Origin: Lingula anatina
Lineage: Eukaryota; Animalia; Brachiopoda
DNA: 64,000 nucleotides
Assembly: GCA_051362555.1 (NCBI GenBank)
Contig: CM120641.1
Span: 10,106,001-10,170,000 of the forward strand
Reading direction: 5' to 3'
Shown: in pieces, positions 49,798-62,200 of the stretch
Layout of the letters: the number at the start of each line of letters is the position of its first letter
How positions within the stretch are numbered: position 1 is the stretch's first letter
The notes under the pieces: model-generated
What the model was told of the DNA's origin: nothing
What the model saw: the letters and a program-made list of their open reading frames with translations, nothing else
Databases searched by the model: none
Position numbers and translations under genes: made by a program

Positions 49798-52793
49798 GTG
49801 TACATGTATATAATTAGCATAGAATACAACCTTACATACCAAAATCTTAGATCTGATAAAACTTAATACTAACTGCTGATACCAACAATTTATCAATTTC
49901 AGGTCTGCAAAACAAAGACTGAAAGCAATGGTATTACATCAAAGGTAGATTGACTTATGTAATACTTCTACCAGGTTTAACTTACTCATCCTTCAACAGG
50001 TGATAGTATTGCTGTGCTTTAGATGGATCCTTTTCAAGTACTTTGATCCACATGCAGCTTACCTGAAAACAATGCAGAAAAAAGATCAACTAAGCAGGCA
50101 CACTATAACAGTGGTTCCTACAGAGTTATAGTAAATACTGTTCAGGAATATTGGTCAAAAACTTTTTCACTCGTTTCTATTAAGTTGTGCTAATTCTCAG
50201 TTCTGTCTATATATTTAATTTGCCTCCATTGCTTCAATATCACGCAAAGTAATATATCATTATTATCATATAAAAAACTGTACCAGATGATCTATTTCAC
50301 TGGGCTTTGGTACTGCATTCCTGTCTCTGTCTATCTGTAGAGATATGAAGTCCACCCCAGATGACAGGTCCTCTTCTGTGAGGTCAGACACCCACACTCC
50401 TTTCACATACAACTGGCCAGAATTCACAGGGTCTAGTAACAATGTGCCTGGAACAAATTGGTAAAAATAATGAATAAGCATGGAGAAAGTTAAATTGTAT
50501 CTTAATGTCACTTTTCGGGCAGCTGACGTGATTTCCAGGAAGTAATTAAAAGTTATATTTTGTCAAATGACAAAGCAGTAACAGTTATTATTGTGAACAT
50601 ACAATCAGTTATTATGAAAAAAAATGTGAATGATAATTGAAGAGTTAAAAACTCACCTAATTCTGTTTTCACACAATTCACTGGGGGCTTCAGGAACAGA
50701 AATTTATCAACCTGAAGAATATAAGATAAATCTTTATGACAATTGTTCACTTGCAATCACTGTAGCCTAAGAGTTTCTAATCATTCGAACAGTCCAACTT
50801 CAGGGCCCCGTATCTCGAAAGCATCGCGCATTGCGACCATGCGCAAGCGTCTCGATTCCATAACTCGCCCATACTCATCCCATATAATACATTGTAGCCT
50901 ATTTAATATAGCTATTTGCAATATGCGATGTTTTCGAGATACAGTAAAGTGAACTATTTGAAAAGACATGTCTGCCACTGATGGTTTGTTTATACATTTT
51001 TTAGTAATTAAAAGATCAATGCTATTTGGACATTATACAATAAAACTCTGAAAAAAATTAACACTTACACATTGTTTCCACTCCTCTTCCTTCAGATGAA
51101 CAGTTGTGCATGTATCTGCTGCATCCAATTCAAAATTACTGCAGTAAATAATTTAGCGAAATAAGAATTTCAAACTTTTCAACTTTAAAATAAAAAATCT
51201 AGACAGATAGCATGGTGAATATTTAAGATTAAAACTAAAATAATGCCAACTTTTATCTTTCATTGTGTTATATTCTATTTCTACATTGTTAAAAATACCT
51301 CAAAGGATGGTTTTGGTTGGGTCCTGTCCTTCCTGGAAAAATAGGGAGAACAAAGAATTATAACTCTTTTGAAAGCACTCTGTTTAAGTACTGTACCTGG
51401 AGAACATTTCAGAAAATTAGGCAGTCTCAATTTCCTTTCTGGTTGTCTATTCTAACAGAATATATTCATTAGTAAAATCAGACATCAGATATACATGTAC
51501 CTATGGGTAAATCACTTTTTCAAATACAGTACATACCGTACCTGTAACATATACTGCTAAAACCTTTTCTTGAAAGTTAGGATCTTCTTGAAGATCAAAT
51601 CTCCATCTATCCTTATTTGTTTCCATAGTGACTAAGCGACCTTCACGAACTAAAGCTAGAGCACCAACTTTTAAACCCTCGCCAAACTGTCCTATAGTTT
51701 CTTTTTTATTGGCTTTATTGCTGTATCCCATCAAAAGAATCCTTTTATGCAGTGCAATGTGTCTGTTCACCATCTGCAGACGGCTGTTCACTCTGTCATA
51801 GCATAGCAATCCCAGCTGGTGCCTCTTGCCATCCTTAGGATGTTCTGCATAGGCTTCATAGATATCACAAAAATTTGCTTGTTTTGGCTGAAGGAAAAGA
51901 AGGAAAATTTTTAAGTGGAAACTGAGATAATACAGAACATCAAGGTCCATTGTCAAACAAAAACTCTGAATGTGAGTATGAGGTGTGAAGGTAAGGTGAA
52001 TTACCTTTAATAACATTGAATCTTAATTGCCTGTAACTCAAGTACAGTGAAAGACATATCATACACAATCCCTCTTGGTGTTACATGTGCATATGTAGCA
52101 TCAATGTGTAATTCTGGGGCCGTAGCGATAGTCCGAAGGTTCAATAGTCCGAAGGTTCATTGGTCCGAATGTTCACTATACTAGTAGAACCTTCGGACCA
52201 ATGAACCCTTGATTAAAAAATCGATGAAAATGTTACCACTTTTCGGACCAATGAACCTTCGGACCAATGAACCCTTGATTAAAAAATCGATGAAAATGTT
52301 ACCACTTTTCGGACCAATGAACCTTCGGACCAATGAACCTTCGGACTATCGAGACGCCCCCGTAATTCTAAGGGAAGGAGGTTGGAAATCTTACTTTATG
52401 AACGGAATAAGGTTTTATATTTCAGTGAGAAAGGTGGAAGATGGAGGGGAGGGGGGTACAGGTGGGGTCAGATTACAAAGCAGACCAGGGAGCGAGCGGG
52501 CTGAACTTTTGGGTGGGTTAATTGTTTGCTTTACAGCAAGTCCTACATGTAAGTACTAAAATCTTATAGATTTGATGTGACCTTTTTCAACATTATCAGG
52601 GCTCTACCTCTGAAAATTGTACGACTGGGTCCGATGAAACAGGGAAGTCCAGCTTGTCTGCAGTTTGGTAGACACCATCATGCCAGTTCTGGACAAGTTC
52701 TCGTACCCCTTCCCACATTTTCCACGTACTTGCATAGTTGGCTGTCAAAGTTAGAGAAATTGACTTAAAAGTCACGTCTATTGGATATGCCAT
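38004..52793 (-). CDS. GHKL (HATPase_c-like) ATPase - His/Cys motif - coiled coil - C3HC4 RING protein, ~790 aa. Exons (high to low): 52793-52608, 51887-51542, 51332-51299, 51138-51069, 50711-50657, 50447-50284, 50062-49986, 49712-49635, 43760-43676, 43467-43231, 42909-42808, 42570-42415, 41914-41768, 40109-39957, 39566-39456, 39210-39125, 38935-38821, 38174-38004
   Basis: 18 exons with GT-AG junctions in consistent phase, 2373 nt, no internal stop. GHKL motifs RELVQNWHDG and IGQFGEGLKVG. Q/E/K-rich heptads in exons 41914-38821. RING CSIC...PCGHYQACAAC...CPVC at the C-terminus. Confidence 0.85.
39750..39852. mobile_element. Minimal Helentron/DINE-like non-autonomous remnant
   Basis: ACTAGAAAAGCACTCAGAGAG start; inverted CTCTGCCAAGG / CCTTGGCAAAGG; (CAAA)n inside. 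Confidence 0.5.
40226..40298 (-). tRNA. tRNA-Ala(AGC), variant copy with one anticodon-stem C>T
   Basis: GGGGATCTAGCTCAAATGGTAGAGCGCTTGCTTAGCATGTGAGAGGTACTGGGATCAATGCCCAGGTTCTCCA; 73 nt, G3:U70 identity pair, anticodon AGC. Confidence 0.85.
40644..40716 (-). tRNA. tRNA-Ala(AGC)
   Basis: GGGGATCTAGCTCAAATGGTAGAGCGCTCGCTTAGCATGTGAGAGGTACTGGGATCAATGCCCAGGTTCTCCA; cloverleaf, G3:U70, T4 run shortly downstream. Confidence 0.92.
41667..41708 (+). repeat. (ATTC)n microsatellite
   Basis: Directly visible. Confidence 0.95.
44024..44110. promoter_or_regulatory. CpG-rich, possibly bidirectional promoter with a YY1-like motif (CAAGATGGC on the minus strand)
   Basis: GCCATCTTG at 44050-58, locally high CpG, ATG-plus-donor exon candidates leaving in both directions. 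Confidence 0.45.
44109..45613 (+). pseudogene. Spliced relic of the second transposon gene (KolX-like) or derived lncRNA (exons 44109-44183, ~44621/44629-44676, 45164-~45613)
   Basis: ATG exon MQTACRFEGERGREGEEELLTESLQ with donor CAG|GTAAGC; acceptors TTTCAG and TTACAG; AATAAA at 45608. No continuous ORF across the exons. Confidence 0.4.
45164..45430 (+). mobile_element. Degenerate CR1/L2-clade LINE ORF2 C-terminal fragment
   Basis: Translates CLKLCLENSYQEALQSYNTASLQCRCDKLCKRLLQKICSDDHMIHHLLPKP, like the post-RT tail of CR1/L2 elements. Confidence 0.6.
46500..48690 (-). pseudogene. Frameshifted relic of the N-terminal part of a Kolobok-like transposase gene (exons ~48690-48490, 47585-47456, 46752-~46500)
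   Basis: Intact GT-AG sites but stops and frameshifts. Fragments QTINTGEEEGR*...AAKYLLDF, DPDDPTWD and ERLFLTFECCLQDIF resemble motifs I recall from this transposase group (RINIG..F.RW...A.FLLD; KFIVFESCL.ELF). No DDE core visible. Confidence 0.55.
46768..47420 (-). mobile_element. 5'-truncated CR1/L2-clade LINE
   Basis: LYFLRQLKRAK..YQSIVHSILEYACPVWHPGLT..RALKIIFPDL..KTDRF..SFIPYAL with stops, followed by AATAAA and an (ATT)n tail at ~46790-46768. Confidence 0.85.
48767..48785. promoter_or_regulatory. TCTCGCGAGA palindrome (BANP/CGCG element) next to an ETS site CCGGAAGT
   Basis: Exact motifs in a CpG-retaining patch just upstream of the minus-strand relic exon 1. Confidence 0.6.
49077..49149 (-). 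tRNA. tRNA-Ala(AGC)
   Basis: Identical to the copy at 40644-40716, followed by a T5 Pol III terminator. Confidence 0.92.
49746..49797 (+). repeat. (ATT)n microsatellite
   Basis: Directly visible. Confidence 0.95.
50803..50944. mobile_element. Short TIR element (possibly Harbinger-like MITE)
   Basis: GTATCTCGAAAGCATCGC / GCGATGTTTTCGAGATAC inverted ends; CpG-rich relative to the flanks. Confidence 0.6.
52116..52361. mobile_element. MITE with 15-bp subterminal repeats, an internal ~66-bp duplication and an 8-9 bp target-site duplication
   Basis: GGGGC..CGATAGTCCGAAGGTTC / GAACCTTCGGACTATCG..GCCCC, flanked by GTAATTCT at 52108-15 and 52362-69. Confidence 0.85.
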
Positions 52794-54002
52794 AGCTTCA
52801 ATATGTCACTTAAACTAATTTTGAATGGAAGACGAACAGGTTCCATTTGGCCTCATTGATTTGACGGAAGACATCAAATATTTGTCTGCTATCAAGAAAA
52901 GCTACACTTTAACATGATTTATGTGCCACTAAAACGAGTAACTCATTATTCCATTAACTGAAAACAATGAAAAAAATTATGACAAAACGGACATATTTAC
53001 ACAAATTTAGATTGTTTTCCAATATATTTAGTTAAATTTTGGGGACCTAGTGGGGCTTATCTTGAAACGTTGACAGCAGATTTGGTGCATATTTCTCCGC
53101 CTATCACATCCGAGGTTAGTATGGAGCTTGCGGAATAAGCCGAGGATTGCCGATTGCAGTAGGTGTAGGTATATCACAATCCGCTAGGGGCGCAACAGTC
53201 GTAACTGTCCAGTGGCAGTGAAGTGTAAAACTGAAGTCGGCCTGCTGACAGCTCGCCTATGGCACCCCTTTTTTAAATCTCTCTTTTAGCGCCGCGTAAA
53301 AAAACTAATACAAGCCATTAACTAAATAAGCTGTAAATCAAAGAGTAAAATCCGGTCACGTGATTTTCCCGTGTTGCAGTCTTTGAGAAGTTTCAGTTCA
53401 GGGTGTTTGAAGTTTTGCCTCGACAAAATGCTCAAAAATGTCAGGGAAGTACTGGTTTCAGTTTTTTAAAATTTATATCGAATAAAGTTTATGAAATTTG
53501 CAATATTATGTAAAAAAAATCATGAAAATTAAACCATGCGAAGTATAGTTTATTTGATGCGCAATATTTATAGTGCTTGATCTGCACGGAAGCCATCCCA
53601 GCCATGTGCTTGTGCGGTCGCCAATTTGGGTTTGTTTCCGGGTCATTAGATTAACATACAGCCATAATTGCCCTAATTGGTCACAAGCAATTTTAGCTGC
53701 AGCTACCGCTGAGTGATCACCGCTGGTCAGTAGTGACAGGTTTTAAGCTGAAAAGTGTGGACACTTTTGGTGCATTTTTGCAGTTAAAAAACTTCAATAT
53801 CTTTGTTGCTTGTAGGAATATTAAAAAAATTCCAAGTGATTTCATCCGGTTTTTGCATTACCTTTCAGATGATATAAGTATTATAATTTTCTGATCAGTT
53901 TGAAAATTTTTCTGATATACCTAGTAGGTGGATAGTAGATGGATGTTAGCCAAAAAGTAGCAGAGAATTATCAACGTAGGTCCTGAAGTATAGTGCAATA
54001 AA

Positions 54003-54476
54003 CAGGGCCGTAGCCTCCGGGGGGCAGGGGGGGCAGTTGAGGTGCAAAAAAAAAAAAAAATTATAATAATAATCGCAAAGGTAAAAGAAAAATAATTGCA
54101 AAGTTGGTATCTGTGAGAAAATGCACTCATTGCCACAAGACAATCATTCAACAATCTGTTTACAAAGGTGTACTGTTTTTAGCCAACTCAGTTCATGCCA
54201 AAAAGCTCACCCTCCCTTAGGGAGCTTTCCCCCAGGCTGTTATCAGGCTATTGTTTACCCTGACTGTTTGCCCAACAAAGCTGGGAGGGCTGTTTTGAAA
54301 AAAAATGACTGTACTTATGGCAAAATGAACCCACAATTTCTGACTTCTGATTGAGCAAAAAATAACAGTTAAAATGCACCAGATGCCACATTATACATAC
54401 AGTTTTTAAAAATTTTCCACACCCCCTCGTGTCCACTTACTGCCCCTCCTGGCATTTTGCTCAGGCTGCGGCCCTG
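54003..54476. mobile_element. hAT-like MITE
   Basis: TIR CAGGGCCGTAGCCT / AGGCTGCGGCCCTG with GGGGCAG subterminal motifs. Confidence 0.75.
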
Positions 54477-54647
54477 ATAAATATAAGATGCTGTGTTTGC
54501 TAAATGATACGTTATTCTAGCAATTTTTCCTAGTGGTCATTTTTCTGTAATAGTGTTCTTGGATATTGTGTTGATGGCAACATTATCATTGCTGTATTGA
54601 CATCAAGCTGCCTGTTTACATCACGTGCCTTCAACACTGACATGATC

Positions 54648-54822
54648 GGTTACTTGTTGATACATCCCCGCACCGATACTCCCCCACAATTACAGATATA
54701 CTGAGGGGGATTATCGGTGTGGGGATCTATTGGTGTGGGGGAGTAACAGCGTGGGGGAGTATCGGTGCAGGGGAGTAACACTGCGGGGAAGAGTATCGGT
54801 GCGGGGAAGTATCGACATGACC
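54648..54822. mobile_element. MITE with ~30-bp TIRs and internal short repeats
   Basis: GATACATCCCCGCACCGATACT / AGTATCGGTGCGGGGAAGTATC. Confidence 0.7.
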
Positions 54823-56257
54823 CCACATCATCAGCATATGATGGGATGTAATGCCAACCCCTAAATACATGAAATATGTGGTTTCTTTTCTTGTACAAAC
54901 TGCAATAAATATATCATTGCCCCCCCCCCCCCTCCTCAGAACATCAAGGATGCAAACTTCAAAACTAAAAACTGTATAAATATTTTGTATTGTGCAAAAG
55001 TCGACATTTTTCAAAATAAATTTATTTTCTGATAAAGTAACAATAAAATCCTTTTCTCCTTGGCACTTTCCCAATGTTGTAAACCATCGTTATTGCCAAT
55101 ATTTATATACAGTTTTACTCAACCAGAACAGATTGGATCCAGACATTACTTCACAAGTAAAATTGTTGCATTAAAATGAAATCTAAATAAAAGAAAAGAT
55201 GTCTCTACCAGCTATGTTCCAGTTCATGTATCACAGTCAGCATGTTACCTATCACCACTTTGATACTGTCGAAATGTTTGGAAGTCCAACCCTAATAAAA
55301 ATGCACTCTTCAACTAATATATGCTTTTGTTTTTACATAGAAAGTAAAACATATCTACTGGTAAGTTTGTCATTTCTATAACACATCACAATTGCACTAG
55401 GAACAAAATTAAAAATTCCATAGAATAAAAGTTGTGCTAGAGAATCAAAAATAATTTCAGAAAATACTAGGCGAAAAAAAAAAAAACTGTCAGAAAAAAA
55501 ATAGACAAATAAAACGCTGTGTGTTTAACTTTAAACACTGATATCAATAATGATAAAATATTCATAAGTGGTTCTTTCTCCATTCTCTTGGGATAAATAG
55601 TATTAAGAAGTAAAAAATACACCAAATTCAGGAAACAAAAATAATTTTGTTGAACTCATTACTCTACAATTAAATATTATCACTGACTCTAAACTTCTTG
55701 GAAAAGTTAAATTCTTAAAAATTTCCTTATAAAAGCATAATTTTTGACTAATAAAGATATAATATAAAACTGACAAATCTTTTGATCTGAAAAATTTGTA
55801 ATGGGAGATGGAGTGTCCCATCATATCCTAATTAAAATATGTCATACAGCTGATTGTAATTTACTGACATTTCTGTAGAACTGAGATCTAGAATATAGTG
55901 GATAAAAGTTATACAATGTGCAAAACATATACACATTTTGAAGTAAAAAGCAACTGTTTTTTTAATACATCATTCTACAAAACTGGGCTGATATTCAACT
56001 CTGCAGTCTCAATTGTCGAGTTAAACAAATTCAGTTTAACTTAATCCTCTGGTGTGAACTGGTTTATTCTTTGTATGTCTGTCAAACAAAACCAGAGAGG
56101 CAAACAATCTGACATACAAAAATAAGCATCGGTTGGTCTTCATTCTCGTGATCAAAGGTCTGTTATTTGAGTATTTTATGCAGGTAACAATCTATTCGGA
56201 TTTCATTTGGAAACAAAAATTTCAAAAGGCAATCCCCCCTCCCAAAGGAAAAAAAAA

Positions 56258-59200
56258 TTAGGCATATTCATCTTTCAATGAACCATAACGTAAAGTAAAA
56301 GAAGCATAATTTGCCTGGCCCAGTTTTTCTCCTGCTCTGTAACTACCAAATAAAAACTTTCCAAAATCTGTACTTTTGAACCTCTGAAAAAGAGATGGCT
56401 TGTCTTCCTCAACACTTTGAAACTCAAAGCTGGCCACCTCAGGATCAATGGGCACCATCAGTTTTCGCCTAGAATACACTGTGTATCCTATGGCTGCTGC
56501 GATGATGAAAATCACCATTAGTGCAAATAATATAGGAACAAACTGGTTGACGGGCTTATAGTCTGGAAGGAAAATATCACAAATATCAATTCAGGCTGTC
56601 ATCTGGTGAGAATATCTCAAAATGAAATGATTATAAAAATAATTCTCATCCAAATGAACTGCGCAAGACTACCTAAATATGTGATTAAATACACTGTAAT
56701 TTTATAGTCCTGTGAAAAATGGTGCATGAAAGGCACAAATAACATATTTCATCATTCTACATTTAATCAAGTAAAATGTATACATACCAGGGGCATCCAC
56801 TTGAAGTGTATAATTACCACTCGTCACACTAACTTCATTTGATACAGTGAAATTCATCATATATTTGCCTCCTTGGTGAAAAACAATATTCAGCAGAGAA
56901 ACATCAAGTGTACACGTCTCCAAATTAGATGCTTGGTAGCAAGTGTTATTATCATCTCCTTTGTGTGCACAGATAGTTATATTCAGTGGAACACTGAAAA
57001 TATAGGGAAAAGACAAAATATTGTCACATTCATGTTTTACTATGGTGATATTAAGCATCAAAAATTGACAAGGAAGCACATATTTTTAAAAGTAATTAAA
57101 ACTAGAGGATCAGAGAGGCGATACCGCCTCCGGATATTGTACCACCAGCTGGAGTAAGCGCATTTGTATGCCCCCCCCCCCTCCTAAAAGGGACACCATC
57201 ACCAGTCTTGTGTTTGACAAGCTCTATAAGATGCAATCAACAAGAGTTCTCAAAATATGCAAAAAAATATAACTAAAAATGGTACAATCAAGCAGATTTT
57301 CGAATTGACTTGCATTTTCCTACCCTTGATCACTACTGTATTCTCTAGACAAAAGGCCTATTGGTTTTCCTTGAAATGTGTTGTCAATGGTGCATATATG
57401 CTGACAAAAGAGAAAACCTAGGGGAAACATGGGCACATCTCTGCTAGTTTTAAAGATATGAGAGGCAAGAAAATATGCAAAGCTAAGTTCATGGTGAAAA
57501 AGTAGGTCAAAGGTCAATTTCAATATCATAGTATATGAATTTCTATTCAAGTTCCATAGCAACCATGGGCATTTCTTTGCCAATTTTGCAGATTTAAAGG
57601 CCAGAAAACATGCAAAAGTAGGTCAAAGGTCAATTTCAAGGTCACAGATTGCTAGTGTATTACTTCCTATTCAAGTTCAATAGTAACTATGGACCTATCT
57701 CTGTCAGTTTTGAAGATAAAGGTGAGCAAAAATTTGCTAAGTTCAGTTCATAGTAAAAGGAAGGTCAAAGGTCAATTTCAAGGTCACATTTAGATTGCCA
57801 GTATATGACTTTCTATTCAAGTTCAATAGTAACTACGGACCTATCTCAGCCAGTTTTGGAGATAAAAGGAATGCAAAATTTGCAAAGTTCAATTCATGGT
57901 GAAAAGTAGGTCAAAGGTCAATTTCAAGGTCACATTTGGATTGCCAGTATATGACTTCCTATTCAAGTTCAATAGTGACTATGGACCTATCTCTGCCAGT
58001 TTTGGAGATAAAAGGGAAAGAAAATCTGCAAAGTTCAATTCATGATGAAAAGTAGGTCAAAGGTCAATTTCAAGGTCACACTTAGATTGCCAGTATATGA
58101 CTTCCTATTCAAGTTCAATAGTAACTATGGACCTATCTCTGCCAGTTTTGGAGATATAAGGGAACAAAATTTTGTAAACTTCAATTCATGGTGAAAAGTA
58201 GGTCAAAGGTCAATTTTAAGGTCACAATAAATTGCCTCTAATGACTTTCTATTCAAATTCAATAGTAACTATGGGTGTATCTTTGCCAGTTTTGCAGATA
58301 AAAGGGAACAAAAATTTGCAAAGTTCAGTTCATGGTAAAAAGTAGGTCAAAGGTCAAATTTAAGGTCACAGTAAATTGTCAGTATATGACTTCCTATTCA
58401 AATTCAATAGTGACTATAGACCTATCTCTGCCAGTTTTGGAGATAAAAGGGAAAGAAAATTGTCAAAGTTCAATTCATGGTGAAAAGTAGGTCAAAGGTC
58501 AATTTTAAGGTCACTGTTAAATTGCCAGTATGCGACTTCCTATTCAACTTTAACAGAAACTATGGACCTATCTCTGCCAGTTTTGGAATTATAAGGGAAC
58601 GAAAATTGGTAAACTTCAATTCATGATGAAAAGTAGGTCAAATGTCAATTTCAAGATCAGAGTAAATTGCCTCTAATGACTTCCTATTCAAGCTCAATTG
58701 TAACTATGGACCTATCTCTGCCAGTTTTGGAGATTAAACGGAACCAAAATTTGCAGTGTTAAGTTCATGGTAAAAAGTAGGTCAAAGGTCAATTTCAAGG
58801 TCACACTTAGATAGCCAGTATATGACTTCCTATTCAACTTTAATAGTAACTATTGACCTATCTCTGCCAGTTTTGGAGATAAAAGGGAACAAAAATTTGC
58901 AAAGTTCAGTTCATGGTGAAAAGTAGGTCAAAGGTCAATTTCAAGGTCACATCTAGATTGCAAGTAAATGACTTCCTATTCAACTTAAATAATAACTATT
59001 GACCTATCTCTGCCAGTTTTGGAGATATAAGGGACTAAATGTTACAATTCTGAGTTACATATTTTATGGCCGCTACTCCCGTGAAAATGCACTGATTGAC
59101 CCCAAATTCATGGAGATGAAAGATGACCCAAAGGGTAACACTTTCCAATATAATTATTGGTTAAGTCTGTGTAGTGTCTGAATAACAGTGCAAATAATAT

Positions 59201-62200
59201 TTTTTTTCGTAAAAAATTTCATTTTTTTTGAAAATTTTGGCCCATTTGACCTTGAAATAAAGGTCAAAGATCTAATCCAAGGGCATATTTGAAATCTACA
59301 CATATGACTTTTGGAAAGCCGTCTGTAGAAAATTTTCCCATAATTCCTTCCGTAGGGTAGATAATTGGCATTGAATTTTTAAAAATTTTGACAAGGGTGC
59401 ATTTCAACTAGCGTCACGCCCAGGTCAATGCACCGACTGAGACAAAAAAACCTGGGGGTTCAAGTTGAGGTTATATGTGACCTAAATCCAAGAGATGGGG
59501 ACAGGGGTCATTGCGGTCTAGGAGGAGAAGCGGTAACGGTGACTTGTATCCGGCGCCAGTACGCGGAGCCGGCGGAGCTTACGGAGCCGGCGGAGCCAAC
59601 GGAGCCGGCGGAGCCGGACGAGACGGGTCGGGACTAAAACCATGAGTATCGCCAGCGTACACGCTGGTGGTACTAACAACACAAATAAACAGCTAGTTAC
59701 TACTAAATAAGTAGTAAGAATGTGTCTTTTAATAAGTCTTAAAACAGAGCTAATGAAGGTGTCTAGTGTTTTAAGTGTACCACATACTTGTTGAGGGTGA
59801 AAGGAACAGGTCTTTCTATAGAGGCAAATGTTAAAACAACACTAGTCTCACCTTCCAGTACACGTTATCTTTCCAGAAAGCTTCTGTTCTGTCAAGAGAA
59901 TAGTGTCTAACTTCAAATCCAGGTTTCCAACAGCATCTGCAAATATAGGTGGTTATTTTATCAAATTCTTCTCATTTATTCTATATTTTGTCTGAAAATT
60001 GAATCAACAGGCAGGATACAGAATAATCTTCCTTTGCATTCTTCTTAAAAATGCTACACACTAAGAGCAAAGTATGTCAAAATTCAGCTTTATTCCAATA
60101 GTAATCTTTAAGCACATTTGGCCATTTTTTACTCAAACTGATATATATTAACATATTGTCAAAAAGAAATAACCCTAGAAAGATGATATTGCAGTTTTCT
60201 CATCAAACCGTCCAGCGGTCATTTGGACAACTGCCAGCACCACAGGATGGTCTATATTTTCAAAGACGGCTGGACGGCTTAAGGATTTTTTAAAAATATG
60301 ATGGCTTTGGGCATATTTTTGTAGGAAATAACAGGTGGTAATTTTGGATGACCTGTACCCCCAATCCTGGGAAAAGCCCTGTACTGCATTAAAAATAAAC
60401 TTCAGCTATCTAAAATTTGTAAGCAGCAGGAAAAATTACCTTTTAATACAAGGGACTTATTTGTCAACTTTGTCTTCACCATTTGTGTACTGTTTGTGTC
60501 ATTCAACATCATCACAACAGTTGTATTCAGAGTCATGAGCTGCTTTCCTGAACTTGTAAATATGTATGTGAAATTATTGTTTTTTTCATTGTCTTCATCT
60601 TTGTATATGCTAACCTCAGGATTCCAGTGGTAGAAATAAGACATGTTCAGTATTTCCGGATTAGTAAAATTGTCCAATGCCTTGGCATAAAATGTTACGT
60701 TTGTCCCTGTGGCAAAAGTTGTTCCATTATTCAGTTTAGATTTAACCTTCTGAGAAATTAATACATTGACATTGAGGAATTCTGAAATTAAAAAAGAATT
60801 TACATATATGAATGTAAACATCAACAAAGGATTGTAATGGAATGCGATATCAATCAAAAATAAAATAAGTGAGTTGCATCTGTAAAATCATAATGACTAA
60901 TAACCTAAATAACTAAGGGCAACATCTGGATTACTATATGTGTGGGTTAATTCCAATCAGGTTATCTAGAACTATGCACTGATAAAATCTAAAGTACAGG
61001 GCAACCTATTATTTTAATGTTATCTAGGCTACACACAATGCTGAACACAGTGTAAGAGTTTTGCATTGTTGTGGCTCTGTTTCTAATTTCAACAACCAGG
61101 GCTATGCAAGAAGTGGTAATAGTTCGAGATAAGCTCTTGGAATTTGTACAGCTTTGATGTCTTATATTAATTAAATGACAATGAACTTGTTTTCAGTGGC
61201 AGACATACTAAAATCAACCCTTTACATTATATATGAATGGAATCATATATAACACAAACATATAACGGTTCTTGATGATCTTGATGATTATAAAAATTCT
61301 TCTTAAATACTATTGTAATTTTGCAAAGGACCATTTATTAAATGACAACAGACAAATCAAACTAAAACGATGTCAATAGATTGCTTTACAAATAATAATA
61401 ACTACTATCTGTTTGAAAAAAAAAAACAAAAACAGGCAAATTTATAAACTTACATTTCATCCTGTAAAGAACTTACCTGTAATAGTAAATGATGTATAGT
61501 TTTGAGCAATAAGGGTATCATTAGTACCAACTTTCCGAGGCTTGTAAACCTGTACAGTCATATTATATGTTCCCGGTATAACATCAGGATTCCCAAAATA
61601 ATCTCTATAAAAAGAAAATCTTTTTCTTCTCTGTATTGGGTGGACAGTTTTGTCTGCTCCATCAGTCCATATATATTGAAAATAGGTTGGTTCTTTATCT
61701 GGGCTGTGATGAAGATTCACCAGATCAACATAAAATATTAGGGTTGAATCAAGAACTCCTATCTGGGTGCAACTGAGATGGAGTTCATAATCTGAAAAGA
61801 AAATAATATTCAGTGCTACTGGTTCTTCATTATGTATGTTTCTGATATTCATAATGCACACTTGATTAACTACATTTTAAAATATGTGTGTGAGGGGGAA
61901 TGGTATATGTGTACTGTATATTCATTAATTTTTTAGTCTGAGAAAAAATGTTTTTCCTATTTCAAAAGAGACTGTCACTTGCAACTTAGACCCAAAATCC
62001 AATACAAATACATTTGAAGTCCTACTGTGTCTGTCTGATTAAGTATGGTGCTACATGTATCTATGCCATCTATGATAAAAAAAATTGTCCATTACAACCC
62101 CGGTGTGCAATCACTAGGGCTTTTAACTTTATATATATGGCAGTGGTTGTTACAACAGTGGTTTGCTTTTTAATCATAACTACTACATGGTCTTCTGTGA

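Noticed and set aside
52209-52559. 116-aa ORF with a repeated peptide
   Set aside because: It is a translation of the MITE's internal duplication.
57440-59030. CRISPR-like array
   Set aside because: Whole units are repeated with no unique spacers, there are no cas genes, and it lies in a eukaryotic intron.
59428-59637. ORF with EPAEP repeats
   Set aside because: It derives from the GC-rich microsatellite at the end of the Helentron-like element.
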